This document shows positions 30,600-41,221 of a stretch of DNA of 64,000 bases, piece after piece. The stretch lies in the NCBI GenBank assembly GCA_963737265.1, contig CAVTRY010000015.1, positions 1 to 64,000 on the forward strand. The letters are read 5' to 3'. The stretch is from an uncultured delta proteobacterium (GTDB lineage: Bacteria > Myxococcota_A > Polyangia > Fen-1088). The notes beneath the pieces are model-generated. The model did no database searches. It saw only the letters and a program-made list of their open reading frames with translations, and was not told the DNA's origin. A program made the position numbers and the translations under genes. Each line of letters opens with the position of its first letter. Within the stretch, counting starts at the first letter, position 1.

Positions 30600-30821
30600 C
30601 CGACTCCAGAATCGGAGCAGCCGAGCCAAGGGCTCGGTGAGGTGAAGTCCGCGAATTTATTTCGCGGACGAGGCGAGGGCCGCGGCCCTCCCTTCAACAA
30701 TCTTCAAGACGGGTCCATTTATGGACACGTCTTGAGGGACATGTTGACTGGCGCACGAGGGCGTCCGATTATTCCTTACAGGCCCTGCGACTGACGGCCC
30801 TCTAGGCGGAAGGAGACTGCG

Positions 30822-31337
30822 ATGAAGACTCTACTGGTTGGACTGGCGATGTTGCTGACCGCGAACAATGCGGAGGCCGCCCAAAAGCGCGATGCAAAGA
30901 AGGCTGCGTCGGTGCCAGCGGTCGATGCGAATCTGGCGGTCGCCAAAGCGCACGGGGGTAAGGTGTATGTGGTGGTCGAGCCTCCTCCGAATTCCGAAGG
31001 CGAAGAGCTAAGCAAGTGGCTTTCGAGCCGACCGGCCACCACCGAGATCGCAAAGAAGGCGAATGAGGAACGATGGCCGATGACCTTTATTGCCGTGTTC
31101 AAGAAGCCCCCGGCCAAGGGCCCCATGACGGTCGAGTTCATGGACAAGAAGGATCCGTCGACCCTGGTCGACCAGTATTCGCCACAAACACCGGGCGGCT
31201 CTCTGGTGTTCCAAGAACCCTACGATTTGGAGACGAACAACGGCTTCAACAAGGGTCACGTCTACATCATCAAGGTCGGCCAGATCATCAAGAGCAAGTT
31301 TGTTTCCTACGCCAGCGGCGAGGTCTCATTGAAGTAG
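30822..31337 (+). CDS. Exported hypothetical protein
   Basis: AAGGAG SD, signal peptide, high GC3 codon usage. Confidence 0.7.
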   Translation: MKTLLVGLAMLLTANNAEAAQKRDAKKAASVPAVDANLAVAKAHGGKVYVVVEPPPNSEGEELSKWLSSRPATTEIAKKANEERWPMTFIAVFKKPPAKGPMTVEFMDKKDPSTLVDQYSPQTPGGSLVFQEPYDLETNNGFNKGHVYIIKVGQIIKSKFVSYASGEVSLK

Positions 31338-31461
31338 GCAACCCGCCATGGGCCGCGCAGACGCGGCGTGACTCAAAGAAGATTCGGCGCGACGAAAATC
31401 AAACGACGTGGCCGCGTGGTAACTTGCTTGCCTTCGTCGTGCCGGACTGGCACGAGTAGAG

Positions 31462-32859
31462 GTGACTTCGGATCCCGAGTTGACTTCACCCGCAGCAAGC
31501 AGCACACGCCCGCGGCCAGGCGACGAGTTGGTCGTAACCGTCGATCGCCTCACCTATGGCGGGGAAGGTATCGCGCGCGCGCAGGGACTGGCGGTCTTCG
31601 TGACCGGGGCAGCGCCGAACGAGGTCGTGCGCGCGAAAATACGCAAGATTCACCGCCGCCACGTGGAAGCGAACCTCGTTGCGGTCGAGCAGGCATCGCC
31701 GCACAGGGTGGAGCCACGCTGCCGGCACTTCGCGGAAGGCTGCGGCGGCTGCTGCTGGCAGCACGTGTCTTATGAGGCGCAGCTTGCGGCCAAGGCAGCA
31801 TCCGTACGCGACAGTCTGCAGCGGTTAGGCGGATTTCTCGATCTCTCCATCCATCCCATCATCCCCGCGCCGGATACCTTCTACTATCGCAACAAGATGG
31901 AGTTCACCTTTCACCCCGACGGCACGCTCGGACTCCATGCCCGTGGCGCCTGGTACGACATCATCAGCCTCAAGGAGTGCTTGCTGGAATCGCCTCTGGC
32001 GGTGACCATCGTCAAGGCGGCGCAGGAATTCGTTCGAGCGCGTGGCATTTCGCTCTACCACCCTCGCTCGCAGCAGGGGCTGCTGCGGGAGCTTTGCATT
32101 AGGCAGAGTCGCGCAACCGGTGCGACCCTGCTTGGCATCGTGACCAGCCCGGGCGGCTTTCCAGAAGGCAAAGAGATGGCCGCGCACCTAGCCCAGATCG
32201 ACCAGGGGATCACCGGCGTCGTTCGCAGCATCCGCGCTACGCCCGACTCCGCCGCGCCTCTCGGGGAGACCACCGAGCTTTTTGGCAGCGACACCATCAC
32301 CGAGATTACGGCGTGCCTGCGTTTTTGCATCCGCCTCGACACCTTTTATCAGACCAACTCGGCACAAGCCGAGCGGCTCGTGGCCGTGGTCAAGGACTTG
32401 GCCGGCGACGTAACCGGTGCCCAGGTCGTGGATGTCTATTGTGGCGTGGGAGTCTTCAGCCTGGCACTGGCCGCGGTCGGCGCACGCGTCGTCGGCGTCG
32501 AGGTCGTCGAATCCGCAATCGAAGCCGCGCGCGCCAACGCCATCGCGAACGGCCTCGACGGCGTCACCTTTCATGCTGGCGACGCGCGCAAGGTGCTGGC
32601 CGACGTGCTGCCAGCAGGGCTCGCGCCCAAGGTGGTCGTGCTCAATCCACCGCGCGCCGGCGCTGGCGGCAAAGTCATGCGCCGGATCGCCCGCGCCTGT
32701 CCCGAGCGCATCGTCTACGTTTCCTGCAATCCGACGACGCTCGCGCGCGACCTCGTGGAGCTGCGCCCCTTCGGCTACCGCGTAACCGCCGTTCAGCCCA
32801 TCGACCTCTTTCCGCAGACCTACCACGTCGAAACCGTGCTGACCTTGGAGCGCGAGTGA
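31462..32859 (+). CDS. rlmD: 23S rRNA (uracil-1939-C5)-methyltransferase
   Basis: TRAM domain, CRHF..GCGGC Fe-S motif, YRNKMEF, FYQTN, DVYCGVG, YVSCNPTT, DLFPQTYHVE. Confidence 0.9.
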   Translation: MTSDPELTSPAASSTRPRPGDELVVTVDRLTYGGEGIARAQGLAVFVTGAAPNEVVRAKIRKIHRRHVEANLVAVEQASPHRVEPRCRHFAEGCGGCCWQHVSYEAQLAAKAASVRDSLQRLGGFLDLSIHPIIPAPDTFYYRNKMEFTFHPDGTLGLHARGAWYDIISLKECLLESPLAVTIVKAAQEFVRARGISLYHPRSQQGLLRELCIRQSRATGATLLGIVTSPGGFPEGKEMAAHLAQIDQGITGVVRSIRATPDSAAPLGETTELFGSDTITEITACLRFCIRLDTFYQTNSAQAERLVAVVKDLAGDVTGAQVVDVYCGVGVFSLALAAVGARVVGVEVVESAIEAARANAIANGLDGVTFHAGDARKVLADVLPAGLAPKVVVLNPPRAGAGGKVMRRIARACPERIVYVSCNPTTLARDLVELRPFGYRVTAVQPIDLFPQTYHVETVLTLERE

Positions 32860-35381
32860 ATAGCAGACAAGCGACGCCCGGTCCCAAGACCCGAGCCTTC
32901 ATCGCATGGTCCCTGCGCCACGGCCGCCTGCTTTGGTGCGTGGCACTGCTGCTCGTGCTTCCCGCCGGCTGGCGCACCGCCAACCTCTATGTTCATCTGC
33001 GCAGCGACATTGAAGAGCTGCTTCCTCGCAGCGCCCCTAGCGTCAAAGCCATCGACGAGTTGCGGACGCGCTTGCCCGGACTGCAGTTCCTCGGCGTGCT
33101 GATTGACGTGGGCAGTGCCGACAACATGGCCGCGGGCGAACGCTTTCTCGACGATCTCGCGGCGCGCGTGCGCACTTACCCGCGCGAGCTCGTGCGGTCG
33201 GTGCGCGTGGGCTACGCCGCCGAACGCGATTTCCTGGAAAAACACGCTCCCCTGTATTTGGCGACCGCCGATCTGGAAAGCATCCGCGACCGCATCGATG
33301 ATCGGGCGCGTTTCGAGTACTCCAAGAAGACCGGCATGCTGCTCGACGAAGAGGAGCCGCCACCCAGCCTCGATTTCTCCGACATCGAAAAAAAGTACAA
33401 CGGAAACTTCGACGACAGCTCGCTGGCCAACGGCCGCTTTTCCAATCCCAAGCTGAACCTGACCCTCATGTTGGTCGAGGTCGGCGCCTTTCATACCGGC
33501 AACTCCCAAGCCCGCGCGCTGTGGAACCGAGTCCGCCACGACATCGACGATCTGGGCGGGCTCGCCCACTACGCGCCGGGCATGCGCCTCGGCTTCACCG
33601 GCGACGTGGCGATTTCCGTCGAGGAGATGTCGGCTCTGGTGGTCGATCTCACGACCTCCAGCCTGTTCGTGGTCTTGCTCGTCGTGCTCGTCCTGGTGAT
33701 CTACTATCGCTGGCTGCGCAGCGTGCTGGCTTTGTTTGCGCCCCTCATCGTGGGCGCCCTAATCGCCTTCGCCGCGGCGAGCTTGCCGCCCTTCGGAATC
33801 ACCGAGCTCAATTCGAACACGGCCTTTTTGGGTTCCATCATCATCGGCAACGGCATCAACTTCGGCATCATCTTGCTGGCGCGCTACGTGGAAGCTCGTC
33901 GCGAGGGAACGTCCATCGAGGAATCCCTCGCCATCAGCCTCACCGGCACGCGCGTAGGAACCCTGTCGGCGGCACTCGCCGCGGCGGCCGCTTATGCGTC
34001 GCTCGTCGCCATGCGCTTTCGTGGCTTCCACCAATTCGGCATCATCGGCGGCCTCGGCATGATCGCGTGTTGGTCCACCACGCTTCTGCTGATGCCGTCG
34101 CTCGTCGCGTGGCTCGACAACGGCAAGCTCAGCACGCGCACAGAGCCCTCCGGGTTTTATCGACCGATGACGGCCTTGGCCAACAGCGTGGCCGCCCATC
34201 CGGGTCGATTTCTGGTGGCGGCGGTGGCCATCACCGTGCTGGCCGCGGTCGAGGTTCGCCGCTTCGGGCACGCCCAACTAGAATACGACTTTTCCCGCCT
34301 ACGGCGCGTCGACACCTGGATCTCGGGCGAAGGGTATTGGGGCAAGCGCATGGATAAGCTCCTGGGTCGCCAGGTGACCCCGACGGTGATCATGGCCGAC
34401 GATCAGGCGCAGGCGCGCGCCATCACCGTGAAATTGCGCGAGGCCTTGCAGCGGCCGCCGCTGTCCCAGATGGTTTCGCAGATCCGGACCAGCGACGACA
34501 TGCTGCCGCTCGATCAGGACAGAAAGGTCGACATCGTCACGGAAATCCGGCGCAAGCTGACGCCGCGAATTCGCGCCGACCTGGGCGAGGAGTGGCAGAA
34601 ACGGCTCGACCGCTATCTCGGGACCGAGCCGCCAACGCGGATAGGTGCAAACGACCTGCCCGAAGGGTTGTGGGCTGGGCTGAAGGAGAACGACGGCAGC
34701 ACTGGGCGTGTCATCCTGGTGTTTCCTCGCCCTTCAGAAACATGGTGGCAGGGACCGGCCATAGCCAACTACGTGGGAACCCTGCGCGATGTGGCGGGAT
34801 CGGCGATGGGTCCAAGCGGAAGGGCGGCGCGCGTGGCCGGCGGTCCACCGCTGACCGCCGACATCCTGCAATTCATGGGGACTGATGGGCCGCTTGCATC
34901 GCTGCTTGCCCTGGTGGGCGTCGTCGCCACGGTGTTGCTGCTTTTCCGCTTCAGTATCGCCAGTCCCTTCGTCATCGGCTCGCTCGTCGTCGGCGTGCTG
35001 TGGATGCTCGCCGCCACCATCGTCCTCGGCGTGAAAATCAACTTCATCAACCTCATCGCCTTTCCCATTACCTTCGGCATCGGCGTCGACTACGCCGTCA
35101 ACGTGATGGGGCGCTACTTGCAGGATGGGCGCAGCGACGTCACGGCGGCCATCCGCGCTACCGGCGGCGCCGTCGGCCTTTGTTCGCTGACCACCATCAT
35201 CGGGTATTCTTCGCTGCTGCTGGCGCAAAACCGCGGCCTGTTTCTCTTTGGTCTGGTGGCGGTTCTCGGCGAGGTAACCTGCCTCACGACCGCAGTCGTC
35301 ATGCTGCCCGCGGCCCTGCTGGCCTATCAGAAATACCGAGAAAAGCGCGCCACTAGTCTCGATGCGAAAGGCGCGGCCTAA
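32856..35381 (+). CDS. MMPL/RND family transporter
   Basis: GTG overlapping the rlmD stop; two repeats with IIIGNGINFGI and ITFGIGVDYAV TM motifs. Confidence 0.87.
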   Translation: MNSRQATPGPKTRAFIAWSLRHGRLLWCVALLLVLPAGWRTANLYVHLRSDIEELLPRSAPSVKAIDELRTRLPGLQFLGVLIDVGSADNMAAGERFLDDLAARVRTYPRELVRSVRVGYAAERDFLEKHAPLYLATADLESIRDRIDDRARFEYSKKTGMLLDEEEPPPSLDFSDIEKKYNGNFDDSSLANGRFSNPKLNLTLMLVEVGAFHTGNSQARALWNRVRHDIDDLGGLAHYAPGMRLGFTGDVAISVEEMSALVVDLTTSSLFVVLLVVLVLVIYYRWLRSVLALFAPLIVGALIAFAAASLPPFGITELNSNTAFLGSIIIGNGINFGIILLARYVEARREGTSIEESLAISLTGTRVGTLSAALAAAAAYASLVAMRFRGFHQFGIIGGLGMIACWSTTLLLMPSLVAWLDNGKLSTRTEPSGFYRPMTALANSVAAHPGRFLVAAVAITVLAAVEVRRFGHAQLEYDFSRLRRVDTWISGEGYWGKRMDKLLGRQVTPTVIMADDQAQARAITVKLREALQRPPLSQMVSQIRTSDDMLPLDQDRKVDIVTEIRRKLTPRIRADLGEEWQKRLDRYLGTEPPTRIGANDLPEGLWAGLKENDGSTGRVILVFPRPSETWWQGPAIANYVGTLRDVAGSAMGPSGRAARVAGGPPLTADILQFMGTDGPLASLLALVGVVATVLLLFRFSIASPFVIGSLVVGVLWMLAATIVLGVKINFINLIAFPITFGIGVDYAVNVMGRYLQDGRSDVTAAIRATGGAVGLCSLTTIIGYSSLLLAQNRGLFLFGLVAVLGEVTCLTTAVVMLPAALLAYQKYREKRATSLDAKGAA

Positions 35382-35433
35382 TCGCCCTTCACTCGGCGCT
35401 GGGTTCGTGTAACCTGCGGCGGAAGGAGAGACT

Positions 35434-37086
35434 ATGCCAAATCCACTTGCTGGAAAGCCTGCCCCTGTCGAGATCCTCGTGGACGTCGACCGTCTCGTTG
35501 ACGCCTACTTCACGAAGCAGCCGGACATCGACGACACCGAACAATTGGTAAGCTTCGGAACCAGCGGCCATCGCGGTTCGTCCCTGCAGGGGTCGTTCAA
35601 CGAGCCGCATATCCTGGCGGTGACGCAAGCAATCTGCGACTACCGCCGGCAGGAGGGCATCTCCGGGCCGCTCTTCCTCGGCAAGGACACCCATGCCCTG
35701 TCGCGTCCCGCGGAACGGACTGCCTTGGAGGTTCTCGCCGCCAACAACACACAGACCGTGCTGCAGCACCGCGATGGCTACACCCCGACGCCCTCGATCT
35801 CGCGCATGATTTTGGCCGCCAACCGCGGCAAGCGAACCGGCTTGGCCGACGGCATCGTGGTCACGCCGTCGCACAATCCACCCGCGGACGGCGGTTTCAA
35901 GTACAACCCGCCGAGCGGCGGCCCGGCCGACACCAACGTCACGGCGTGGATCCAGGACCGCGCGAACCAGTTGCTCCGCGCCGGCAATCGTGGCGTGCGC
36001 CGCATGCCTTTCGAAGCCGCGCTCAAGGCGCCGAATACATGCCAAGACGACTTCGTCGCACCCTACGTCGAGGACTTGGTCAACGTCGTCGACGTGAATC
36101 TCATCCAGTCGTCAAAGATCAAATGCGGCGTGGATCCGCTGGGCGGCGCCTCGGTCGACTACTGGCAACCCATCGCCGACCGCTGGAAGCTCGATCTGCA
36201 GGTCGTCAACCCAGCCGTCGATCCGCGCTTTGCCTTCATGACCGTGGACCACGACGGAAAAATCCGCATGGACTGTTCCAGCCCCTACGCCATGGCGAAC
36301 TTGGTCCATTTGAGCAGCGCCTATCAGGTTGCCTTCGGCAACGATCCCGATGCCGATCGACACGGCATCGTCGTTCCGGGCACCGGGCTGCTCAATCCCA
36401 ACCACTACCTCGCCGTCGCCATCCGCTACCTCTTCACCCACCGGCCGAACTGGTCTGCGCGGGCATCGATCGGCAAAACGCTGGTTTCCAGCGCCATCAT
36501 CGACCGCGTGGCGGCGGCGCTCGGCCGCGACCTGCGCGAGGTCCCGGTGGGATTCAAGTGGTTTGTCGAGGGCCTGCTCGACGGCAGCATGGGCTTTGGC
36601 GGCGAGGAAAGCGCGGGGGCCAGTTTCCTGCGCTTCGACGGATCGGTGTGGACTACCGACAAGGACGGCATCATCCTGGCGCTGCTCGCATCTGAAATCA
36701 CCGCGCGCACGGGCAAGGATCCCGGCCAGCACTACGCCGAAATCACGGCCGAGCACGGCAACCCGGTTTACACGCGCATCGACCAACCTGCCACGCCGAC
36801 CGAGAAGGCAAAGCTCAAGCAGCTCTCGCCGACGCAGGTGAAGAGCGCGTCGTTGGCGGGCGAGCCGATCCGCGCCATCCTGACCCGAGCACCGAGCAAC
36901 GGGGCCGCTATCGGCGGGCTCAAGGTCGTGGCGGAAAATGGTTGGTTCGCCGCGCGTCCGTCGGGCACCGAAAACGTGTACAAGGTTTACGCCGAGAGCT
37001 TCAAAGGCGAGGCCCACCTGGCGCAAATCCTGGGCGAGGCGCGCGGCATCGTGCAAGCCGCGCTGGCCGAACCGCGACTATCGTAG
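35434..37086 (+). CDS. pgm: Phosphoglucomutase
   Basis: [16 protein letters not shown] phosphoserine, [22 protein letters not shown]. Confidence 0.96.
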   Translation: MPNPLAGKPAPVEILVDVDRLVDAYFTKQPDIDDTEQLVSFGTSGHRGSSLQGSFNEPHILAVTQAICDYRRQEGISGPLFLGKDTHALSRPAERTALEVLAANNTQTVLQHRDGYTPTPSISRMILAANRGKRTGLADGIVVTPSHNPPADGGFKYNPPSGGPADTNVTAWIQDRANQLLRAGNRGVRRMPFEAALKAPNTCQDDFVAPYVEDLVNVVDVNLIQSSKIKCGVDPLGGASVDYWQPIADRWKLDLQVVNPAVDPRFAFMTVDHDGKIRMDCSSPYAMANLVHLSSAYQVAFGNDPDADRHGIVVPGTGLLNPNHYLAVAIRYLFTHRPNWSARASIGKTLVSSAIIDRVAAALGRDLREVPVGFKWFVEGLLDGSMGFGGEESAGASFLRFDGSVWTTDKDGIILALLASEITARTGKDPGQHYAEITAEHGNPVYTRIDQPATPTEKAKLKQLSPTQVKSASLAGEPIRAILTRAPSNGAAIGGLKVVAENGWFAARPSGTENVYKVYAESFKGEAHLAQILGEARGIVQAALAEPRLS

Positions 37087-37174
37087 CTCCATTTTCGGCA
37101 CCGCCCCGATGCGATCATCGCGGCGCCTTTTTGCGCGGCCCCAATTTGGGGCATAAGGTTTCGTAAGTGCATTG

Positions 37175-39271
37175 ATGAAAACCGTCTCTCTCGCCTTCAC
37201 TGCTTCGGCCGCCCTCGCCGGTATCCTGGGCTGCCATGCCGGAACGCAGGCGCCCCCGTCGACCACGCCGCCGCAAACTCTACCGCCGCCCACGCCGACG
37301 AATGCGCCGGGCTCACCGGCCGTCGCGCCAAACACCCACCCTGCGCCGGCGGCGCCAAGCTCGGTCGCCCCGGAATCCGCGCCCGCGGAAAACCAAGCCC
37401 TGGTGATTCACGACGGCAAGGACAGCTCGGTCGACGCCAGCGCCGCCGCGCGCTCGGGTTACACCATCGTGGACCTCAGCGACGACTGGACGCCCTTCAT
37501 CTTCGCCGAGCAGCGTGCGCCGGATGGGACCGTGCTACACAACCGCTATCGCCGCGTTTTCCTCGGCCTGGCCAACGACACCCTGGACGAAGACGGCGAA
37601 CCGCTCCCGGCGGGCGAGAAGAACTATCTCGAGCTCTATGGCGTTCCGCCTTCCTTGGGCGTGCTACGCGCCCGCTTCCTCGCCAACGAACAGCAGACCT
37701 GTCACGCCACCATCAGCCAGGAAAAGCTGGAAGAGGTCGAGACCATCACCTACGTCGCCCCCGAAAAGATGAAGGCCGACGAACAACGGACAGAGCGCAT
37801 GCATCGCGAGCTGGAGGACGCGCGCCACAAGAACAAGGCCGCGACCCTCGCCGAGCTTGCCGAAAAAGATCCGGCGCAGGCGCCCAAGATCAAGGTCTAT
37901 GAAAAGCGCGTGGCCGAAAAGGCCGCCATGGTCGAAGTCGAGAAGCGGCTCGCCTGCGAAGGCATGCTCAAGCACGGCAGCCACCACGGCGCGGGCATCT
38001 ACGACGATGCCATGCGACTGGCGGTACGACGCTTTCAACAAAAGAACATGATCTACGAAAGCAACTACCTGCGTTCCAAGACCATGGACGCCCTGGCCCG
38101 GCCGCCGCTCGCCAACGATCACATGGCCTTCATGCGCGCCTTGCGCGAGCGCGTGGTTGCCGCCGCTGGTGTCGTCGAGGACGGCAGCACGGACACCAAG
38201 ACGGGCCCAGCGACCTACACCAACAAAGCGGGCAAAGTTGTGCCTCTGCGCAATCTGGCCGACGAGCTCACGCAGGCGGCGGCCGAGCAACTTGGATTCA
38301 CGACCGCCGAAGGCGTGCTGGCGTTCTTCAAGCGGCATACGGCCGCCGATTTTCGCCACCTGCGCGTGGCGGTGAAGCTGCCGACGCTGCCCGAGTACTA
38401 CGGGCCGGACATGGATCTGTCGATCGTGATCGACCGCGGCGATGTCTGGTACGACTTGCCCTGGGACGCGAGCGGCGTTCGCCACGCGCAGCCCCGCAAG
38501 CGCTATCCCAGCTTTCACCTTTATTTGAAGTACAACAACCAACGCATTCTGCTGGCCCGTTGGCGCACCACCGTGGGCGGTTGGCGCGCGGAACAAGCGT
38601 CCGACGGCTATGAATACTTCCGCTACAAGGGATCGGACATCGGCCCGCGCGTAATTCGCAACGTCGTTGCCGGCCCGGTGTGGATCGCACCCGAGTCGAC
38701 GCCGATTCGCTCGCTGCTCAAGAGCAAGGGCGTGAATAGCAGCTGGCAGCGCGTGGTGAACTACGACGAGCTCGGGCCGGGCTACCTGTCGGCCTACGGC
38801 CTCGTCGCCGGCTACTTCGTCGTGCCTGGCAAGAACGGCAAGCCCGACTGGGACAACGGCATCCGCGCCCACGGCTCGTCGGACTACTTGTCCATCTACA
38901 GCTCCGAGGGCTACTCGCACGGCTGCCACCGCCTACCCAACCACCTCGCCATTCGCCTCTATTCGTTCATCCTGCGCCACCGGCCCATGCGCATCCTCGG
39001 CGATCAAGGCATGGGCTTCGCGCGCCAGTTTCTCGCCAGCGACGACGTGTTCGAGATCCGGCTGCCTTCGCGCGGCTTCTCGTACCAGCTCGAACCGCCC
39101 CTGCCGGTCGAGGTTCTCGAGGGCGACATCAAAGGCACGCTCAAGACGCCGGTCCTGACCTACGTGCCCAAACCCGGAATCAAGTATCCGGGCCCGCCGC
39201 CGCCGGTTCGCAATACCGAGGAAGGCCGCGCAGGCGCGGGAGCAACGCAAAAATTGGAGGGCGTAGAATGA
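37175..39271 (+). CDS. Lipoprotein with peptidoglycan-binding and L,D-transpeptidase-like domains
   Basis: Lipobox ILGC; GIYD..MRLAVRRFQ (PG-binding); GIRAHGS...YSHGCHRL (YkuD His/Cys motif). Confidence 0.8.
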   Translation: MKTVSLAFTASAALAGILGCHAGTQAPPSTTPPQTLPPPTPTNAPGSPAVAPNTHPAPAAPSSVAPESAPAENQALVIHDGKDSSVDASAAARSGYTIVDLSDDWTPFIFAEQRAPDGTVLHNRYRRVFLGLANDTLDEDGEPLPAGEKNYLELYGVPPSLGVLRARFLANEQQTCHATISQEKLEEVETITYVAPEKMKADEQRTERMHRELEDARHKNKAATLAELAEKDPAQAPKIKVYEKRVAEKAAMVEVEKRLACEGMLKHGSHHGAGIYDDAMRLAVRRFQQKNMIYESNYLRSKTMDALARPPLANDHMAFMRALRERVVAAAGVVEDGSTDTKTGPATYTNKAGKVVPLRNLADELTQAAAEQLGFTTAEGVLAFFKRHTAADFRHLRVAVKLPTLPEYYGPDMDLSIVIDRGDVWYDLPWDASGVRHAQPRKRYPSFHLYLKYNNQRILLARWRTTVGGWRAEQASDGYEYFRYKGSDIGPRVIRNVVAGPVWIAPESTPIRSLLKSKGVNSSWQRVVNYDELGPGYLSAYGLVAGYFVVPGKNGKPDWDNGIRAHGSSDYLSIYSSEGYSHGCHRLPNHLAIRLYSFILRHRPMRILGDQGMGFARQFLASDDVFEIRLPSRGFSYQLEPPLPVEVLEGDIKGTLKTPVLTYVPKPGIKYPGPPPPVRNTEEGRAGAGATQKLEGVE

Positions 39272-39756
39272 GCTCCTCGCCGACATCGACAAGACCGCGC
39301 GGCTGGCGCGTGCGCACGGTATCGACCGCCGCGGCTGGCGTGGCGCTGGTGATTTCCGTTGCGGTCCTGGGCGCCGGGAAATCCCAGAATGAAAATCCGT
39401 CGTCCGACAGCTCGGCCACTTCGGCCAAGCCGGACACCGTCCACATCTATATCCAAACCGTCCCGCCGCGCAAAGCCTCGGTCAAATGGGGTCAGAAGAA
39501 CCTGGGCGTGATCCCAGCGCCCCGCCCGCTCGTGGTCGAGCGGCCGCGCGACAGCGGCCCGCTCGATGTGGTGATTCGCGCCAGTGGCTTTCTGCCCGTG
39601 CACACGCGCGCCTATACCTTTTCCGACTCGCGTATCTCGGTGAAGCTGACGCCTCCGACGGAAAAGAACACCTTGTTCGGCTACCGCCAAGAAACCCCGC
39701 CGAACGCCCCGCCGAACCCCGACGGCGGCGTGGCCGAGCCGCCGAAAGCGCAATGA
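39268..39756 (+). CDS. Membrane-anchored PEGA-like hypothetical protein
   Basis: ATGA overlap with the upstream gene; TM helix; IQTVPP..ASVKWG..LG beta-sandwich pattern. Confidence 0.65.
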   Translation: MSSSPTSTRPRGWRVRTVSTAAAGVALVISVAVLGAGKSQNENPSSDSSATSAKPDTVHIYIQTVPPRKASVKWGQKNLGVIPAPRPLVVERPRDSGPLDVVIRASGFLPVHTRAYTFSDSRISVKLTPPTEKNTLFGYRQETPPNAPPNPDGGVAEPPKAQ

Positions 39757-39763
39757 GAAGGCG
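39667..39763 (+). repeat. Direct repeat copy 1 (att-like, gene 3' end)
   Basis: Matches 42689..42786 with 4 substitutions and 1 indel. Confidence 0.92.
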
Positions 39764-39965
39764 CCTGCTGCTGCCCCATCCAATTGACCAGCCCTTTACA
39801 AGGTGATGCAGGAACATTTGCTCACCTTCGAGCAAGAGGGACCGACGTCGCCATACACACTTTTCCGAGCGCCTTCGATTCGCCTACCCGTCGTAGCCAG
39901 AGATTGGCGCTAGGGTGTGCTCAGCAGAGAATGGTGTCGTCGGTCTTCGAGCTGGTCTCGCCATG

Positions 39966-40784
39966 CTACAGGCAGCACCCCGGCGGAGGCGGTGGGAGTG
40001 GAGCCGTTCCCCAGCAGACGAAGTTGCCGTCGGTCTTCAATCCGCACTCTGAAGCGCCCGCATGGATAGACGTGAATGTGTCTTCCGGTGGAATATCGTA
40101 GCCGCGGCCCCCGCAGGCTACGGTACCATCCGTCTTCAGTCCGCATACAGAATCACCAGCACTAACGGAAGTGAAAGTACCGGCGGGCGGAATCACGTAG
40201 TTGTCGCCCCAACAGGCTATGGTGCCGTCCGTCCTCAACCCGCAAGCGCAAAAAGCACTTCCGAGGGAACGTGGCACTACTTTCTTCTCCAAGATCGTCG
40301 TTCTGGTGAGCCAAAGTGCAATCATCACCGGTAAGTTGACGACGAGAGCCCAGCCTCGGATACGCTCGAATGCGAAAGTCACCAACGTAAAGCTGTCAGC
40401 GTAAAAGCCCGATGTCCAGAGTCGGTCTGCGCCAGACACAGCGAGACCGCATAGACCCAGCATCGTATGTCGATACTGGAACCCTGGTACACGTACGCTG
40501 ACCAGTTGTGGCGCAAACACAAGATAGCAAACTGGCCAGCTCAGCCTCTTGCGCCGCGCGAGTCGAAATCCGGCGTATCCAGTCAGAACAGCAAGCGTCG
40601 CAAACAGACTCATCAATCCAAGCGTGGCTCCTGCAGCCGCAACTGTTCCCTCTATCCTCGCTTTCGGAAGGGCGCGCACCGCTTCAACCAGTGGCGGAAG
40701 AACGAAGCTGGTCGTGACAACGCTTCCCAATATGAGTGTTGGTCCTATGGACACAGCAAGAAAGAGAGCCTTGTCTAGCTTCAC
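39966..40784 (-). CDS. Chimeric ORF: membrane protein joined to RCC1-like repeat fragment
   Basis: Hydrophobic N-terminal part with atypical codon usage, then three CGL(R/K)TDG..(A/V)CWG repeats. Confidence 0.5.
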   Translation of the reverse strand: MKLDKALFLAVSIGPTLILGSVVTTSFVLPPLVEAVRALPKARIEGTVAAAGATLGLMSLFATLAVLTGYAGFRLARRKRLSWPVCYLVFAPQLVSVRVPGFQYRHTMLGLCGLAVSGADRLWTSGFYADSFTLVTFAFERIRGWALVVNLPVMIALWLTRTTILEKKVVPRSLGSAFCACGLRTDGTIACWGDNYVIPPAGTFTSVSAGDSVCGLKTDGTVACGGRGYDIPPEDTFTSIHAGASECGLKTDGNFVCWGTAPLPPPPPGCCL

Positions 40785-41214
40785 GATTCTCCGTAGCGAT
40801 GGCTCGGATCATTGTCCACGCTATGAACACGCGCGGCGGTATCCCGCCGAGCAGCCAGACCATGGCTCGATTTTTAGGCTGCTGGTTTGCATAGGTCATC
40901 ATGGCGGCAACCACGACAATCCCCAGAAGACCCATGATCAATCTCGCGACAATCGGCTTCGTAAGACCAGCCCCCGTCCCTCTTGCTAGGAACATGCCGG
41001 GCGTCATCGTCATCGCGACGCCCCTGGTCACGGCTTGTTTCCGGGTTCCCCGCAGCGCATCCGCAACTACGTCCATTCTACCGCTTTCGACGCCGATCGC
41101 CTCTTCGATTTCCCAGAGCTCAGTTCCCCCTGGATTCTTCTCGTCCCCCTCAACGCCCTTGATCATTTCGATGATTCTCACCGCATCATCTAGCAGGTAC
41201 TGCGTCTCATTCAT
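40684..41214 (-). CDS. Hypothetical, probably chimeric or fragmentary protein
   Basis: AGGTGAG SD-like sequence upstream; acidic N-half abruptly joined to a hydrophobic C-half. Confidence 0.4.
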   Translation of the reverse strand: MNETQYLLDDAVRIIEMIKGVEGDEKNPGGTELWEIEEAIGVESGRMDVVADALRGTRKQAVTRGVAMTMTPGMFLARGTGAGLTKPIVARLIMGLLGIVVVAAMMTYANQQPKNRAMVWLLGGIPPRVFIAWTMIRAIATENREARQGSLSCCVHRTNTHIGKRCHDQLRSSATG

Positions 41215-41221
41215 GGCTCAC

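Noticed and set aside
30740-30810. ZTP riboswitch-like GACTGGCG word near purU
   Set aside because: Lies downstream of purU and lacks the 3' GCCTGGGC pseudoknot element
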